Source: a virus
Length of the DNA stretch: 64,000 nt
IMG/VR virus record: IMGVR_UViG_3300034071_001262
Strand: one strand, 5' to 3'
Below, piece by piece: positions 53,251-61,098 of the stretch. How positions within the stretch are numbered: position 1 is the stretch's first letter; each line of letters opens with the position of its first letter. Under the pieces are notes generated by a model. That model was not told the DNA's origin and made no database searches. It saw only the letters and a program-made list of their open reading frames with translations. A program made the position numbers and the translations under genes.

Positions 53251-53400
53251 TGTAGCAAAATGCTGTGCAAAATGCTACAGTGTGTAGCAAAATGCTACAG
53301 TGCCACGAACCGCGTCTCAAATTGAGAAAATCGTAAACCCTTATCGCATAACGACTTATGATCGCAAAAATAATTTTCGGACTTTGGCACGGGAAGTGCA
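53251..53400 (+). promoter_or_regulatory. sigma54 promoter with upstream enhancer-like repeats (second copy)
   Basis: TGTAGCA-AAA-TGCTACA at 53283-53299, TCTCA-3-TGAGA, palindrome 53334-53358, TGGCAC-5-GTGCA at 53385-53400. Confidence 0.7.
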
Positions 53401-53431
53401 TTATATAGAGGCATAAGAAAGAGAGTGAAAG

Positions 53432-53554
53432 ATGGAAAAGATGGTTGTGATTTACGTTTCCGATTGTTGTGGTTGTGAGAGTAATGTGGATTATGAAATG
53501 TGTTCTAGTTGTGGTGAACACTGTGAGATCATAAAGGAAGAATATTCCGTTTGA
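53432..53554 (+). CDS. Small Zn-finger protein (40 aa)
   Basis: SDCCG...CSSCGEHC. Confidence 0.65.
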   Translation: MEKMVVIYVSDCCGCESNVDYEMCSSCGEHCEIIKEEYSV

Positions 53555-53616
53555 TACCTCACTTTGGGGGTTGCGGCGGCGGAAACGTTTGGTAAGATTG
53601 AAGAAAAGGATTAGAA

Positions 53617-53802
53617 ATGACTGATAGTGAAAAGCAAGTTTTAGATTTTATTAGAAAGATGGAAACGAATATACTTGGAAGATGGATGGTAAACATGCAG
53701 AATATTTCCAGTAATGTTTCCGTCCATGCTAGAGAGTTTCCTAACATGTGCGTTAGTTTCGCTGCTAGTGAGTTGCTTCGACGTTATCGTCTTACTAAGT
53801 AA
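53617..53802 (+). CDS. Hypothetical protein
   Basis: AAAGGA RBS; 61 aa. Confidence 0.55.
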   Translation: MTDSEKQVLDFIRKMETNILGRWMVNMQNISSNVSVHAREFPNMCVSFAASELLRRYRLTK

Positions 53803-54054
53803 AGGATTATATGCAAGATAATATCATATTTCTAATCGGATGTTTTATTGTCGCCGGTCTGATGTGCGAGGTAGTGTGGAGCGTGTTTCTATATGTCGTC
53901 TCCCGCTTGGAATACTATTTTTACCACCGATACCTTGACAAGGTTTCCAAGTCTGGTACAATCGAGGAATGATAGCACTAATGACAGCGTTTCATGCGTT
54001 TATCGTTTTAGCCGCGTGTGCGATTGGTATTTTCTCCCTATTTAGTGAAGAAGT

Positions 54055-54360
54055 ATGAATCACGAAACTAAACTTGTTATGATGTGGATTGACAACAGCG
54101 AAGCAATGCATTATTTCTGGCGTAATCGTGCGTATTGTACATATCTAAAAGCAGAAGAAACTAAGACGTTTTCTAAGTATGAGTCGGCCAAGTACGATCT
54201 GGCTACATACATGAAGGAAAAGTTTACTACTGATATGTATGATATGTGTGAATCAAACAATGTAAATGGATTGTGGGCCGATTTGCTTTGGTCTGCTTTG
54301 CAAGATGTAAACTGGTCCGAAATTGCAGAATGTTATCTTGAAGGTCAACTCGTCTCTTGA
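54055..54360 (+). CDS. Hypothetical protein
   Basis: 101 aa; DLL.SAL.DVNW.EIAE motif. Confidence 0.7.
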   Translation: MNHETKLVMMWIDNSEAMHYFWRNRAYCTYLKAEETKTFSKYESAKYDLATYMKEKFTTDMYDMCESNNVNGLWADLLWSALQDVNWSEIAECYLEGQLVS

Positions 54361-54402
54361 CAAACCCAACTCACACGTTATAATAGAAAAAAAGGAAAAA
54401 AC

Positions 54403-54819
54403 ATGGATACGTTCAACGTCGCCCTCGCTATTGCATTTCTTGTTCTGGTTGCTTGTATTGTTTTACTTCTTATTACGGGAGGTACATACGATAGTCTTTC
54501 TAATGCTCGTATTGGTAATGTGTACAATTTCTATTATCTCCAACCGTTAAATGGTACGAATAATCGTTATCTCGTCAAGGTACTAAACATTCGCACACTT
54601 GATAAAGAGGAAATTAATTCTCTTAACTGTTTTAGTTTGTACCGTCGATGGGATGATATATTCTTTCGCACTGGCACACTTGTGACATGTGAACTTGCAG
54701 ATGGTAGCATTCGCAATTTCTATGGAGAACGTGCCACGAACTGTGTACGTATGAACACTCCTGTACTTTTGTACATGTCAAGACTGTTCGCCGTAAGTCC
54801 TTCTCCCGTAAGGGTTTAG
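54403..54819 (+). CDS. Membrane-anchored hypothetical protein
   Basis: N-terminal TM helix; own promoter at 54357-54384. Confidence 0.65.
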   Translation: MDTFNVALAIAFLVLVACIVLLLITGGTYDSLSNARIGNVYNFYYLQPLNGTNNRYLVKVLNIRTLDKEEINSLNCFSLYRRWDDIFFRTGTLVTCELADGSIRNFYGERATNCVRMNTPVLLYMSRLFAVSPSPVRV

Positions 54820-54871
54820 GACGCGGCGGGCGGGCCGCGTTTTTCGTAAGTCCTTATCCCACAACGACTTA
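54794..54871 (+). repeat. 78-bp element copy 3
   Basis: 25-28-25 structure, centred GGCGGGCC. Confidence 0.95.
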
Positions 54872-54988
54872 GGACAAGCTCGCATAGCACACGCCGTGCC
54901 ACAAAAAATAATTCTTTTTCTCAGATTTTCTGCTTGACATGGCCGATACATAGTGTAGAATCCCAGCATCACCACAACGGAGGTTCTC

Positions 54989-55180
54989 ATGTACGACTTG
55001 GATACGATCAATTCGATTCTTACTGATATGGCCGATGCTGGTATCGTAGAGCCGATGGTCGAGCCGATTGACGAACTCGACTGCCACCCCCTCGATTGGG
55101 CGGAAGTGGTCGGTTGTGCGGACGATATTTTTGACGAAGTGTATCTTGACGAAGTGGGCGATCCGTGGTATCTTGTTTGA
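54989..55180 (+). CDS. Acidic hypothetical protein
   Basis: GGAGG RBS; promoter at 54934-54961. Confidence 0.7.
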   Translation: MYDLDTINSILTDMADAGIVEPMVEPIDELDCHPLDWAEVVGCADDIFDEVYLDEVGDPWYLV

Positions 55181-55190
55181 AAAGGAAAAA

Positions 55191-55454
55191 ATGATGAGTC
55201 ACCCCGATCCCTTGTTCGATTACGATAACTCTGAGGATGATAAGATGGCAACTAACTACAGCGATTATCATTACGATTATCACGACGATTTCTATCAAGA
55301 GGTCGAAGATTACAACGATTATTACATCGAGGAAAATAGTGTGGACGATGACGAAGACTACGATGATAGCATGGATGGCGACCACGATAGTGCTATGCGT
55401 GATGCTGGATTCGGAACTGACGAAGATTATGGTTATTATGGGGAGGATTTCTGA
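55191..55454 (+). CDS. Extremely acidic D/Y-rich protein
   Basis: AAAGGA RBS; DDSMDGDHDSAMRDAGFGTDEDYG. Confidence 0.7.
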   Translation: MMSHPDPLFDYDNSEDDKMATNYSDYHYDYHDDFYQEVEDYNDYYIEENSVDDDEDYDDSMDGDHDSAMRDAGFGTDEDYGYYGEDF

Positions 55455-55456
55455 AC

Positions 55457-55663
55457 ATGATCAATTACATGTGCGATAACATCACGGTTGACAATGATTC
55501 GGAAGATGGTATTTTTCTTGGTGATAAGATGGTTGTGATTTCTGTTCCAGAGTGTGGTGGTACTGATCCTTTGGACAGGTACGATCACCTTGTGGCAGTA
55601 TCTGGAGCGTTGGAAAATGCTCTGGACTGCGGTGTACGCTCGTTCAGTTACAGTAAGATTTGA
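55457..55663 (+). CDS. Hypothetical protein
   Basis: 68 aa; GGAGG RBS. Confidence 0.6.
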   Translation: MINYMCDNITVDNDSEDGIFLGDKMVVISVPECGGTDPLDRYDHLVAVSGALENALDCGVRSFSYSKI

Positions 55664-55665
55664 TG

Positions 55666-55743
55666 CAAACCCTTGCCGCGTAAGGACTTACGACGCGGCG
55701 GGCGGGCCGGATTTGGCGTAAGTCTATATCTGATAAGGACTTA
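55666..55743 (+). repeat. 78-bp element copy 4
   Basis: 25-28-25 structure, centred GGCGGGCC. Confidence 0.95.
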
Positions 55744-55816
55744 GGAAAAATTCAAGTTTCGCTTGACAAGTGTCGATATATGTGGTAAGTTATGGTAGTG
55801 TAAGGAGTTACGTCTA

Positions 55817-55948
55817 ATGTCAAAATATGATGATTACGTACAACCGGCAGAAGAGACAGAATGTCAAATTGAGGAAGAACGGGAAAGATGGGAGGATTGG
55901 GTAAGATGGGAAGAATGGATCAACGCCCACATGCCCACCACCGACTAG
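55817..55948 (+). CDS. Small acidic protein (43 aa)
   Basis: TAAGGAG RBS; MSKYDDYVQPAEETECQIEEE... Confidence 0.6.
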   Translation: MSKYDDYVQPAEETECQIEEERERWEDWVRWEEWINAHMPTTD

Positions 55949-56050
55949 GGGGGGATTAGTGTCTAATCTAAAGAATTCAGATAGCGGGTTGTGAGGGTAG
56001 TCAGCCAAAATGCCAGTTGACAAATCTTTTTTGCATGATAGAATGAAAGT

Positions 56051-56572
56051 ATGAACATATTCGTATTAGATGAAGATCCAGTAGTCGCAGCAGAGATGTA
56101 TTGCGACAAGCACGTTCCAAAGATGGTCGTGGAACTATACCAGCAGTTGGGCAGTGCATTACGTAGGCATGGTGCCACAGACGATATGATGCCCGTTACG
56201 CAGGCTGGGAAGCCCCTTAAAGGCGGATACCACAATCATCCATGTACCAAGTGGGTTGGTGACTCTACGATTAATTATACGTGGGCAAGCAATCATGCCA
56301 AACAACTTTGTAAAGAATATACATTGAGATTTAAAAAGAGGCATTTCTGTGAAGATGGTATAGATAAGATGTATTGGATAGATGTGTTGAAGATGCCGTT
56401 TCCCGGTGTTGCTATGACACACTTTGCCCTTGCTATGCCAGACGAATACAAATCTTCTAATGCTGTTGACTCTTACCGCCGATACTATATAATGGAAAAG
56501 GCACGTTTTGCAAAATGGGAAAAGGGGCGAGATGCTCCGTACTGGTGGAATAAGGAGGAATGTCATGTCTAA
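56051..56572 (+). CDS. Pyrimidine-dimer DNA glycosylase (DenV-like) family protein
   Basis: MNIFVLD.DP..AA...CDKHV.KM..E..Q.L, NHPCTKW, AMPDEYK...V.SYRRYY. Confidence 0.8.
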   Translation: MNIFVLDEDPVVAAEMYCDKHVPKMVVELYQQLGSALRRHGATDDMMPVTQAGKPLKGGYHNHPCTKWVGDSTINYTWASNHAKQLCKEYTLRFKKRHFCEDGIDKMYWIDVLKMPFPGVAMTHFALAMPDEYKSSNAVDSYRRYYIMEKARFAKWEKGRDAPYWWNKEECHV

Positions 56573-56813
56573 TATTTTTGATACATATACTGCCGCACAA
56601 TTGCGTGAGATATATACTAACACGCCCCAAGAGAATTGGCCGGAAGATTTCCTACACTTTATTCATGATGAAATTGCAAGTGAATTACTGGATAACTGGC
56701 TAGAGCAGTCTGATATGGATGAGTATATGGAAAAGGCTAGAGAAATTGTAGAAGATGTGACGTATGGCTATCAAGATGAAGATGGAAATGAAATGCTAGA
56801 ATTTAATGCTTGA
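56565..56813 (+). CDS. Acidic hypothetical protein
   Basis: AGGAGG RBS; 82 aa. Confidence 0.65.
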   Translation: MSNIFDTYTAAQLREIYTNTPQENWPEDFLHFIHDEIASELLDNWLEQSDMDEYMEKAREIVEDVTYGYQDEDGNEMLEFNA

Positions 56814-56894
56814 CAACACACGGGTCTATGGTAGAATAACGTTAAAATAGCCATAGATAAAAGATAGTCTGGTATGGCCGACACCCGTGTTAAT

Positions 56895-56967
56895 GCCTTC
56901 GTAGCTCAATTGGCAGAGCAAGGAGCTTTTAACTCTTAGGTTCTAGGTTCGATTCCTAGCGAAGGCA
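56895..56967 (+). tRNA. tRNA-Lys(UUU)
   Basis: Full cloverleaf; anticodon loop CTTTTAA; GTTCGATTC T-arm. Confidence 0.92.
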
Positions 56968-57115
56968 CTATTATGCCCATGAGAAAATGTCATAAATATG
57001 AAATCCGTCGCATGTACGGGTCAACAAAATCTCTAAAACCAGAGCGAAAATCTACTTTTGTGTATATCATAAATATGGTGCGAAGTGTCTTACTCGGTAA
57101 AAAGGAGATGTAGTC

Positions 57116-57277
57116 ATGGTTCGTGATGATGATGTTGATGATGTTGGCTACCTTTGCATGGATAATTTCACTTATAATGAAAATGTTATGAGTTATGCTA
57201 GTTACGAACCTGACGACTATATCGTTGATGACGAAGATGCTTGGTACAATTTCTTATATGATGGAGACGGAGGCTGA
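57116..57277 (+). CDS. Small acidic protein (53 aa)
   Basis: AAGGAG RBS; MVRDDDVDDVGY... Confidence 0.65.
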   Translation: MVRDDDVDDVGYLCMDNFTYNENVMSYASYEPDDYIVDDEDAWYNFLYDGDGG

Positions 57278-57294
57278 CGCTGAGTTGCGTGGCT

Positions 57295-57367
57295 GGCCCC
57301 ATCGTCTAACGGTTTAGGACAACGGATTTTCGTTCCGTTTATCGGGGTTCGAATCCCCGTGGGGTCA
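57295..57367 (+). tRNA. tRNA-Glu(UUC)
   Basis: Cloverleaf; anticodon loop TTTTCGT; GGTTCGAATCC. Confidence 0.9.
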
Positions 57368-57374
57368 TTTTTTC

Positions 57375-57402
57375 TAAAGAATCCTTTTGTCGTTGCCGAT
57401 AA
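57375..57402 (+). promoter_or_regulatory. sigma28 (FliA)-like promoter
   Basis: TAAAG-15-GCCGATAA with no nested TTGACA. Confidence 0.6.
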
Positions 57403-57439
57403 GTAATATGTGGCAAGGCAACTACGAAAGGAAAGTAAG

Positions 57440-57784
57440 ATGATTCAGTGGGTTACAATCGTTATTGGCGTTATTGGTTTGATTTATAACGGATATAAGG
57501 ATTATTCAACTGGGCAAATAAAATCGCCCTTGACAATCCAGCAACAGCAGGTAGAATCAAAACCAAGGATGCCAATCATGTATTGGCAAGTAGCGTTCGA
57601 TCCTAATACTGGTAAACTTTATCACCTAAATAGAGATGGGAAATGGTATGACGGCCCGCCACAAGTACGAGAATATCAAAATCAAAGTCAAGAAGCGTTG
57701 GGAACTGTCCACGGGTCACCGGGAACACAGGGATACGCTTATGGACAATCGTCCCAAGCGTATGCGTACACGCAAGGATATTGA
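57440..57784 (+). CDS. Membrane-anchored hypothetical protein
   Basis: AAAGGA RBS; MIQWVTIVIGVIGLIY. Confidence 0.55.
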   Translation: MIQWVTIVIGVIGLIYNGYKDYSTGQIKSPLTIQQQQVESKPRMPIMYWQVAFDPNTGKLYHLNRDGKWYDGPPQVREYQNQSQEALGTVHGSPGTQGYAYGQSSQAYAYTQGY

Positions 57785-57815
57785 GCGTGGATGGAGACAG
57801 GAGTACGATTCGTGA
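57648..57815 (+). CDS. Small basic protein (55 aa), overlapping reading frame
   Basis: MTARHKYENIKIKVKKRW...DNRPKRMRTR; GTGA-coupled to the next gene; promoter at 57530. Confidence 0.6.
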   Translation: MTARHKYENIKIKVKKRWELSTGHREHRDTLMDNRPKRMRTRKDIERGWRQEYDS

Positions 57816-57970
57816 CTGTTATATGTAAAGACTGTGGCAGTGATAGAATTGGTTTTGATGCTTGGGTTGATAAGGATGGTAACGTAATTGGCGGTCCATA
57901 CGACAACTCTCTATGTATGGATTGTGGGTGCGAAGAAATTGTGGAAAAAGAGGTATTGACAAGTCAATAA
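57812..57970 (+). CDS. Zn-ribbon protein (52 aa)
   Basis: CKDCGS...CMDCG; AGGAG RBS. Confidence 0.65.
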   Translation: MTVICKDCGSDRIGFDAWVDKDGNVIGGPYDNSLCMDCGCEEIVEKEVLTSQ

Positions 57971-57991
57971 TAGAGTGTAGAATACAAACTT

Positions 57992-58128
57992 GCGTGGGTC
58001 TAGCGACTAGATTGGGATAACCTGTACGATAAACCTACGGCTGTTATGCAGCGTGGGGTTGCCTAACGGGGTTATACGTTAGGATAGTATACCAATCTAA
58101 CGGGGTGCGATTCCCTGTCCACGCTCCA
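57992..58128 (+). ncRNA. tRNA-like structured RNA (137 nt, CCA end)
   Basis: Acceptor GCGTGGG/TCCACGC-T-CCA, T-arm, large internal structured domain, own promoter at 57956-57983. Confidence 0.7.
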
Positions 58129-58131
58129 TAC

Positions 58132-58290
58132 AACCAGTAACCGTTCCCAAGAGCCAGACGATATGAGTCATGAACATATCTAGGGAGGATTTCCGTGGAC
58201 GGTTTCTACCAGTGTTTACCTTGCTCCAAGGGTTCATAATATCGGGGTATTGGTGGGTTATAGAATCGGGGCGTAAACGATTCGCTGGTT
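58132..58290 (+). ncRNA. Structured RNA (~159 nt)
   Basis: Closing stem AACCAGT/GCTGGTT enclosing three further stem domains; no ORF. Confidence 0.6.
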
Positions 58291-58309
58291 ATAATACAAG
58301 GAAAATGAA

Positions 58310-58447
58310 ATGAAGGTTTATGTTGTATTTGATATTCCCGGTATTGATCCAGACGATGAAGATGCTGACGAGATTATCGCAGTATTAGAAGATACTATTG
58401 ACGAACTAGGATACGAGTGGTATATTGATGATGCTACTGAGGACTAA
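58310..58447 (+). CDS. Small acidic protein (45 aa)
   Basis: AAGGA RBS; MKVYVVFDIPGIDPDDEDADE. Confidence 0.6.
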   Translation: MKVYVVFDIPGIDPDDEDADEIIAVLEDTIDELGYEWYIDDATED

Positions 58448-58481
58448 GCATGAGAATCTTTCGTAAAATTATTGTGAGAGT

Positions 58482-58676
58482 ATGAAGATGACATGGCGAA
58501 GTGGACAACCTATTGATATGGGCTACTATCTTTGTGCTATTGTTGGTATCAATAAGCCTAGTGAATTATATTGGGATGGTGCTTCTTGGAGTTATCAAGA
58601 TTGGGAAACTCTTGATAGTAATGAAGTTGCATATTATATGTATCTTGGTGATATTCCTATGCCGGAGGGTTGGTAA
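58482..58676 (+). CDS. Hypothetical protein (DUF551-like)
   Basis: W..G.P...GYYL...YWDG..W...V.YYM. Confidence 0.55.
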   Translation: MKMTWRSGQPIDMGYYLCAIVGINKPSELYWDGASWSYQDWETLDSNEVAYYMYLGDIPMPEGW

Positions 58677-58930
58677 TGGAATGGATTAGTTTCTTCGGTC
58701 CTCGACGCCCTATTAACGGGCAGAAGGTTTATTACTTTGGCGAGTATATCGGAGTGTGGCAGGGAAGGTATGAGATTCATAGGGATGATCCTGTGAGTGA
58801 ACATATCTTGATTTGTGAAGAAAGTCCCGGCATTGTAGATCGTATGGATGCTCCGTGGTGGATGCCATATGAGGGACAGCCCAAACCAGTACGACCAGAA
58901 AACGATTATCCAAAGGATTATCCTTCATAA
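58676..58930 (+). CDS. Hypothetical protein (DUF551-like)
   Basis: MEWIS...RP..GQ.V...WWMP; TAATG coupling. Confidence 0.6.
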   Translation: MEWISFFGPRRPINGQKVYYFGEYIGVWQGRYEIHRDDPVSEHILICEESPGIVDRMDAPWWMPYEGQPKPVRPENDYPKDYPS

Positions 58931-58933
58931 AAT

Positions 58934-59104
58934 ATGAATAAAGAACAAGAACAAGCAATTAAAATGACCATCAACTTTCTAAGAAATAGATTATTGGGGG
59001 TCAATAAACATTATTACGATGCGGTCTTGACAGCAGTAAAGATGCATGATATAACTCTTGAAGACGTATTAGAATATTGGAGAAAGGAAGCAGGAAACGT
59101 ATGA
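58934..59104 (+). CDS. Hypothetical protein (56 aa)
   Basis: Hand translation MNKEQEQAIKMTINFLRNR...; ATGA overlap with the next gene. Confidence 0.55.
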   Translation: MNKEQEQAIKMTINFLRNRLLGVNKHYYDAVLTAVKMHDITLEDVLEYWRKEAGNV

Positions 59105-59472
59105 TCAAGATTGATTTGACGGTTCGTGAAGCGGTGGATTTGGCGATCTACTGCCCAGCAGAAATGCGCGAAAAGATCGTGGCCGCACTGGAAAGTGCTA
59201 TTGACGGAAAAGAGCAGTATCATGTTACGATCACTAGTGGCATGACCACGAACAATCGTATTCCTTGTATCAAGGCTGTGCGTCAGCACACCGGGTGGGG
59301 ATTGAAGGAAGCGAAGGATTGGACCGATGGTATGATCGGACACTGGGACGCTTATGGCGTGTGGCACAAGGGCGACCTGAACCAGATATCGGTGCGTCTG
59401 AAAACCAAAGAGGCGGCTGAAAATCTGCTTCGTGACCTGAAGAATATTGGTTGCGAAGGTTACTTGTCCTAA
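59101..59472 (+). CDS. Ribosomal L7/L12 C-terminal-domain-like protein
   Basis: IPCIKAVRQHTGWGLKEAKDW...EAAE.L...L...G. Confidence 0.75.
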   Translation: MIKIDLTVREAVDLAIYCPAEMREKIVAALESAIDGKEQYHVTITSGMTTNNRIPCIKAVRQHTGWGLKEAKDWTDGMIGHWDAYGVWHKGDLNQISVRLKTKEAAENLLRDLKNIGCEGYLS

Positions 59473-59547
59473 ACCCTTACACCGCAAGCATTTACGCTGC
59501 GGCGGGCGGGCCGCGTTCGCCGTAAGTCCTTATCTGACAAAGCTTTA
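59470..59547 (+). repeat. 78-bp element copy 5
   Basis: 25-28-25 structure, centred GGCGGGCC; begins with the TAA stop of the upstream gene. Confidence 0.95.
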
Positions 59548-59573
59548 CGAACAACCTAAGATTTTTCGGTAGT

Positions 59574-59633
59574 TGGCATACGCTTTGCTCTCTAAAGTTT
59601 TCCCCTTGACTGTGCCGATATATATGCTAAGAT
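59574..59633 (+). promoter_or_regulatory. Stacked sigma54 / sigma28 / sigma70-like promoters
   Basis: TGGCAT-5-TTGCT; TAAAG-16-GCCGATAT; TTGACT-16-TAAGAT. Confidence 0.65.
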
Positions 59634-59654
59634 AGCAGGACACAGGAGAAAATC

Positions 59655-60359
59655 ATGAAAGTCGCAAACGGTAATGATAAGTTGGGTAAGGGTTGTATTG
59701 TTGTTTCTCGTCCCGTTGGAGATACTTGTCCGTCTGATTGTGAGTTTCTCGACAATGGATGTTATGCAGAGCAGACCGAGAAGATGTATCCCGGTGTTCG
59801 TCCCGCTGGTATGCAGAATCTTATTACTGAAAAGAATCGCATTAGGTCGATGATCCTCGACGCCGTTTCTAAAAACAAGTCTATCCGTTGGCATGAGCGT
59901 GGCGATTGGTTTCTCAATGGTGAACTGGATACGGACTATGTTGAGAATGTAACGTGGGCTTGTGAGAGTATTCTTGCAGAGGGTAAGACTCTCCCAGATA
60001 TGTGGTTTTATACTCATATCTACGATAGTCGCCTTGTGGCTTTCAGTAAGTATATGGCGGTATATGCTAGTATCCACAACGCTGAAGATAAGAAACAAGC
60101 CGAAGCCGCTGGTTTCAAACTGTTCGCATGGTGCGACAGCGACCAGAAGATTGCTAAGAAACGCCCCAAGCGTAAGAATCTCGCGGATGCTTGGCGGGCT
60201 TCACTTCCTAAGTTAGTTATTATTGACGATACGAAGTATATTACTTGCCCCGAGATTCGTCGTGGTCGCGGTGTTGTTACTTGCACTCCGACGAAGGGTA
60301 GTGTATCATGCGATCTGTGCGTTCGCGGCCTTGCAAACGTTCTCTTTCCCTCTCACTGA
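59655..60359 (+). CDS. GP88-like Cys-rich protein
   Basis: N.KLG...TCP..C....CYA, IRWHE.GD, WFYT, TCPE...C..C. Confidence 0.65.
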   Translation: MKVANGNDKLGKGCIVVSRPVGDTCPSDCEFLDNGCYAEQTEKMYPGVRPAGMQNLITEKNRIRSMILDAVSKNKSIRWHERGDWFLNGELDTDYVENVTWACESILAEGKTLPDMWFYTHIYDSRLVAFSKYMAVYASIHNAEDKKQAEAAGFKLFAWCDSDQKIAKKRPKRKNLADAWRASLPKLVIIDDTKYITCPEIRRGRGVVTCTPTKGSVSCDLCVRGLANVLFPSH

Positions 60360-60370
60360 GATTATATACT

Positions 60371-60865
60371 ATGCCCAAACCTTTATTTGCTGACGCTGGT
60401 AGTCGCTCATCGTTTTTTATTATTGACGAAAAGAGTGGCTTCAAGACTTTTAGTTCCTATGATGATGCAGAATATGCACACTATGCACAGTCTAAACTTG
60501 CAGAGCATAATCTAGCCCCTAGAGTATTGAGCGAAGTAAAGAAAATGATTGTGGGCGGTTATAAAGAGTGGGGATTTGTAACAGAAAAAGCAGAAGTTAT
60601 GGGGTGTGGCGGTAATGAGTGTGCGTGTGGTGAGTGTGAAGATATATGGGAATCTAAACTTAGGTATATAAACAACCTATGTAATAAGATAGAAGAATTA
60701 GGTTTTCATTTCGCGGATAATCATATTGGTAACCTTGGATATGTAAAACGTAAGGGTCGCCGCAAGTTAGTTTGTATTGATACTGGGGCTGAAAGTGTTA
60801 GTGCTGAATACGATCCGTATGAAGATGAAGAATGTTCGTGTACTGGATGTAGGAGACTATCATGA
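60371..60865 (+). CDS. Protein kinase-like (APH/RIO-type fold) protein
   Basis: LAPRV, D.H.GN.G catalytic loop (DNHIGNLG), LVCIDTG. Confidence 0.6.
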   Translation: MPKPLFADAGSRSSFFIIDEKSGFKTFSSYDDAEYAHYAQSKLAEHNLAPRVLSEVKKMIVGGYKEWGFVTEKAEVMGCGGNECACGECEDIWESKLRYINNLCNKIEELGFHFADNHIGNLGYVKRKGRRKLVCIDTGAESVSAEYDPYEDEECSCTGCRRLS

Positions 60866-61098
60866 AATACTATATCTCTTGCGGAAGTCTAAACATTATC
60901 TATAGTACTAGCAAAAATGCTAGAGATGCTTGTAAGACTGCTATATGGGAATGTAATGAGAATGACGTACTAGATGAATATTTTTATGTTGACGAGCGTG
61001 GATATAGGGGCTATACTACAGCAGACAAGCATACAACCGTTATACCTACGGATGAGATCATGCAAGAAGAGGGGTGGGAACTAAATGGAAATGACTGA
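60862..61098 (+). CDS. Hypothetical protein
   Basis: 78 aa; ATGA coupling. Confidence 0.65.
   Translation: MKYYISCGSLNIIYSTSKNARDACKTAIWECNENDVLDEYFYVDERGYRGYTTADKHTTVIPTDEIMQEEGWELNGND

Noticed and set aside
54821-54844. 78-bp elements as simple Rho-independent terminators
   Set aside because: Only copy 3 forms a clean hairpin plus U-tract; the other copies conserve length and core but not the stem
57992-58128. Canonical tmRNA
   Set aside because: Too short, no G3-U70 alanine identity and no tag reading frame
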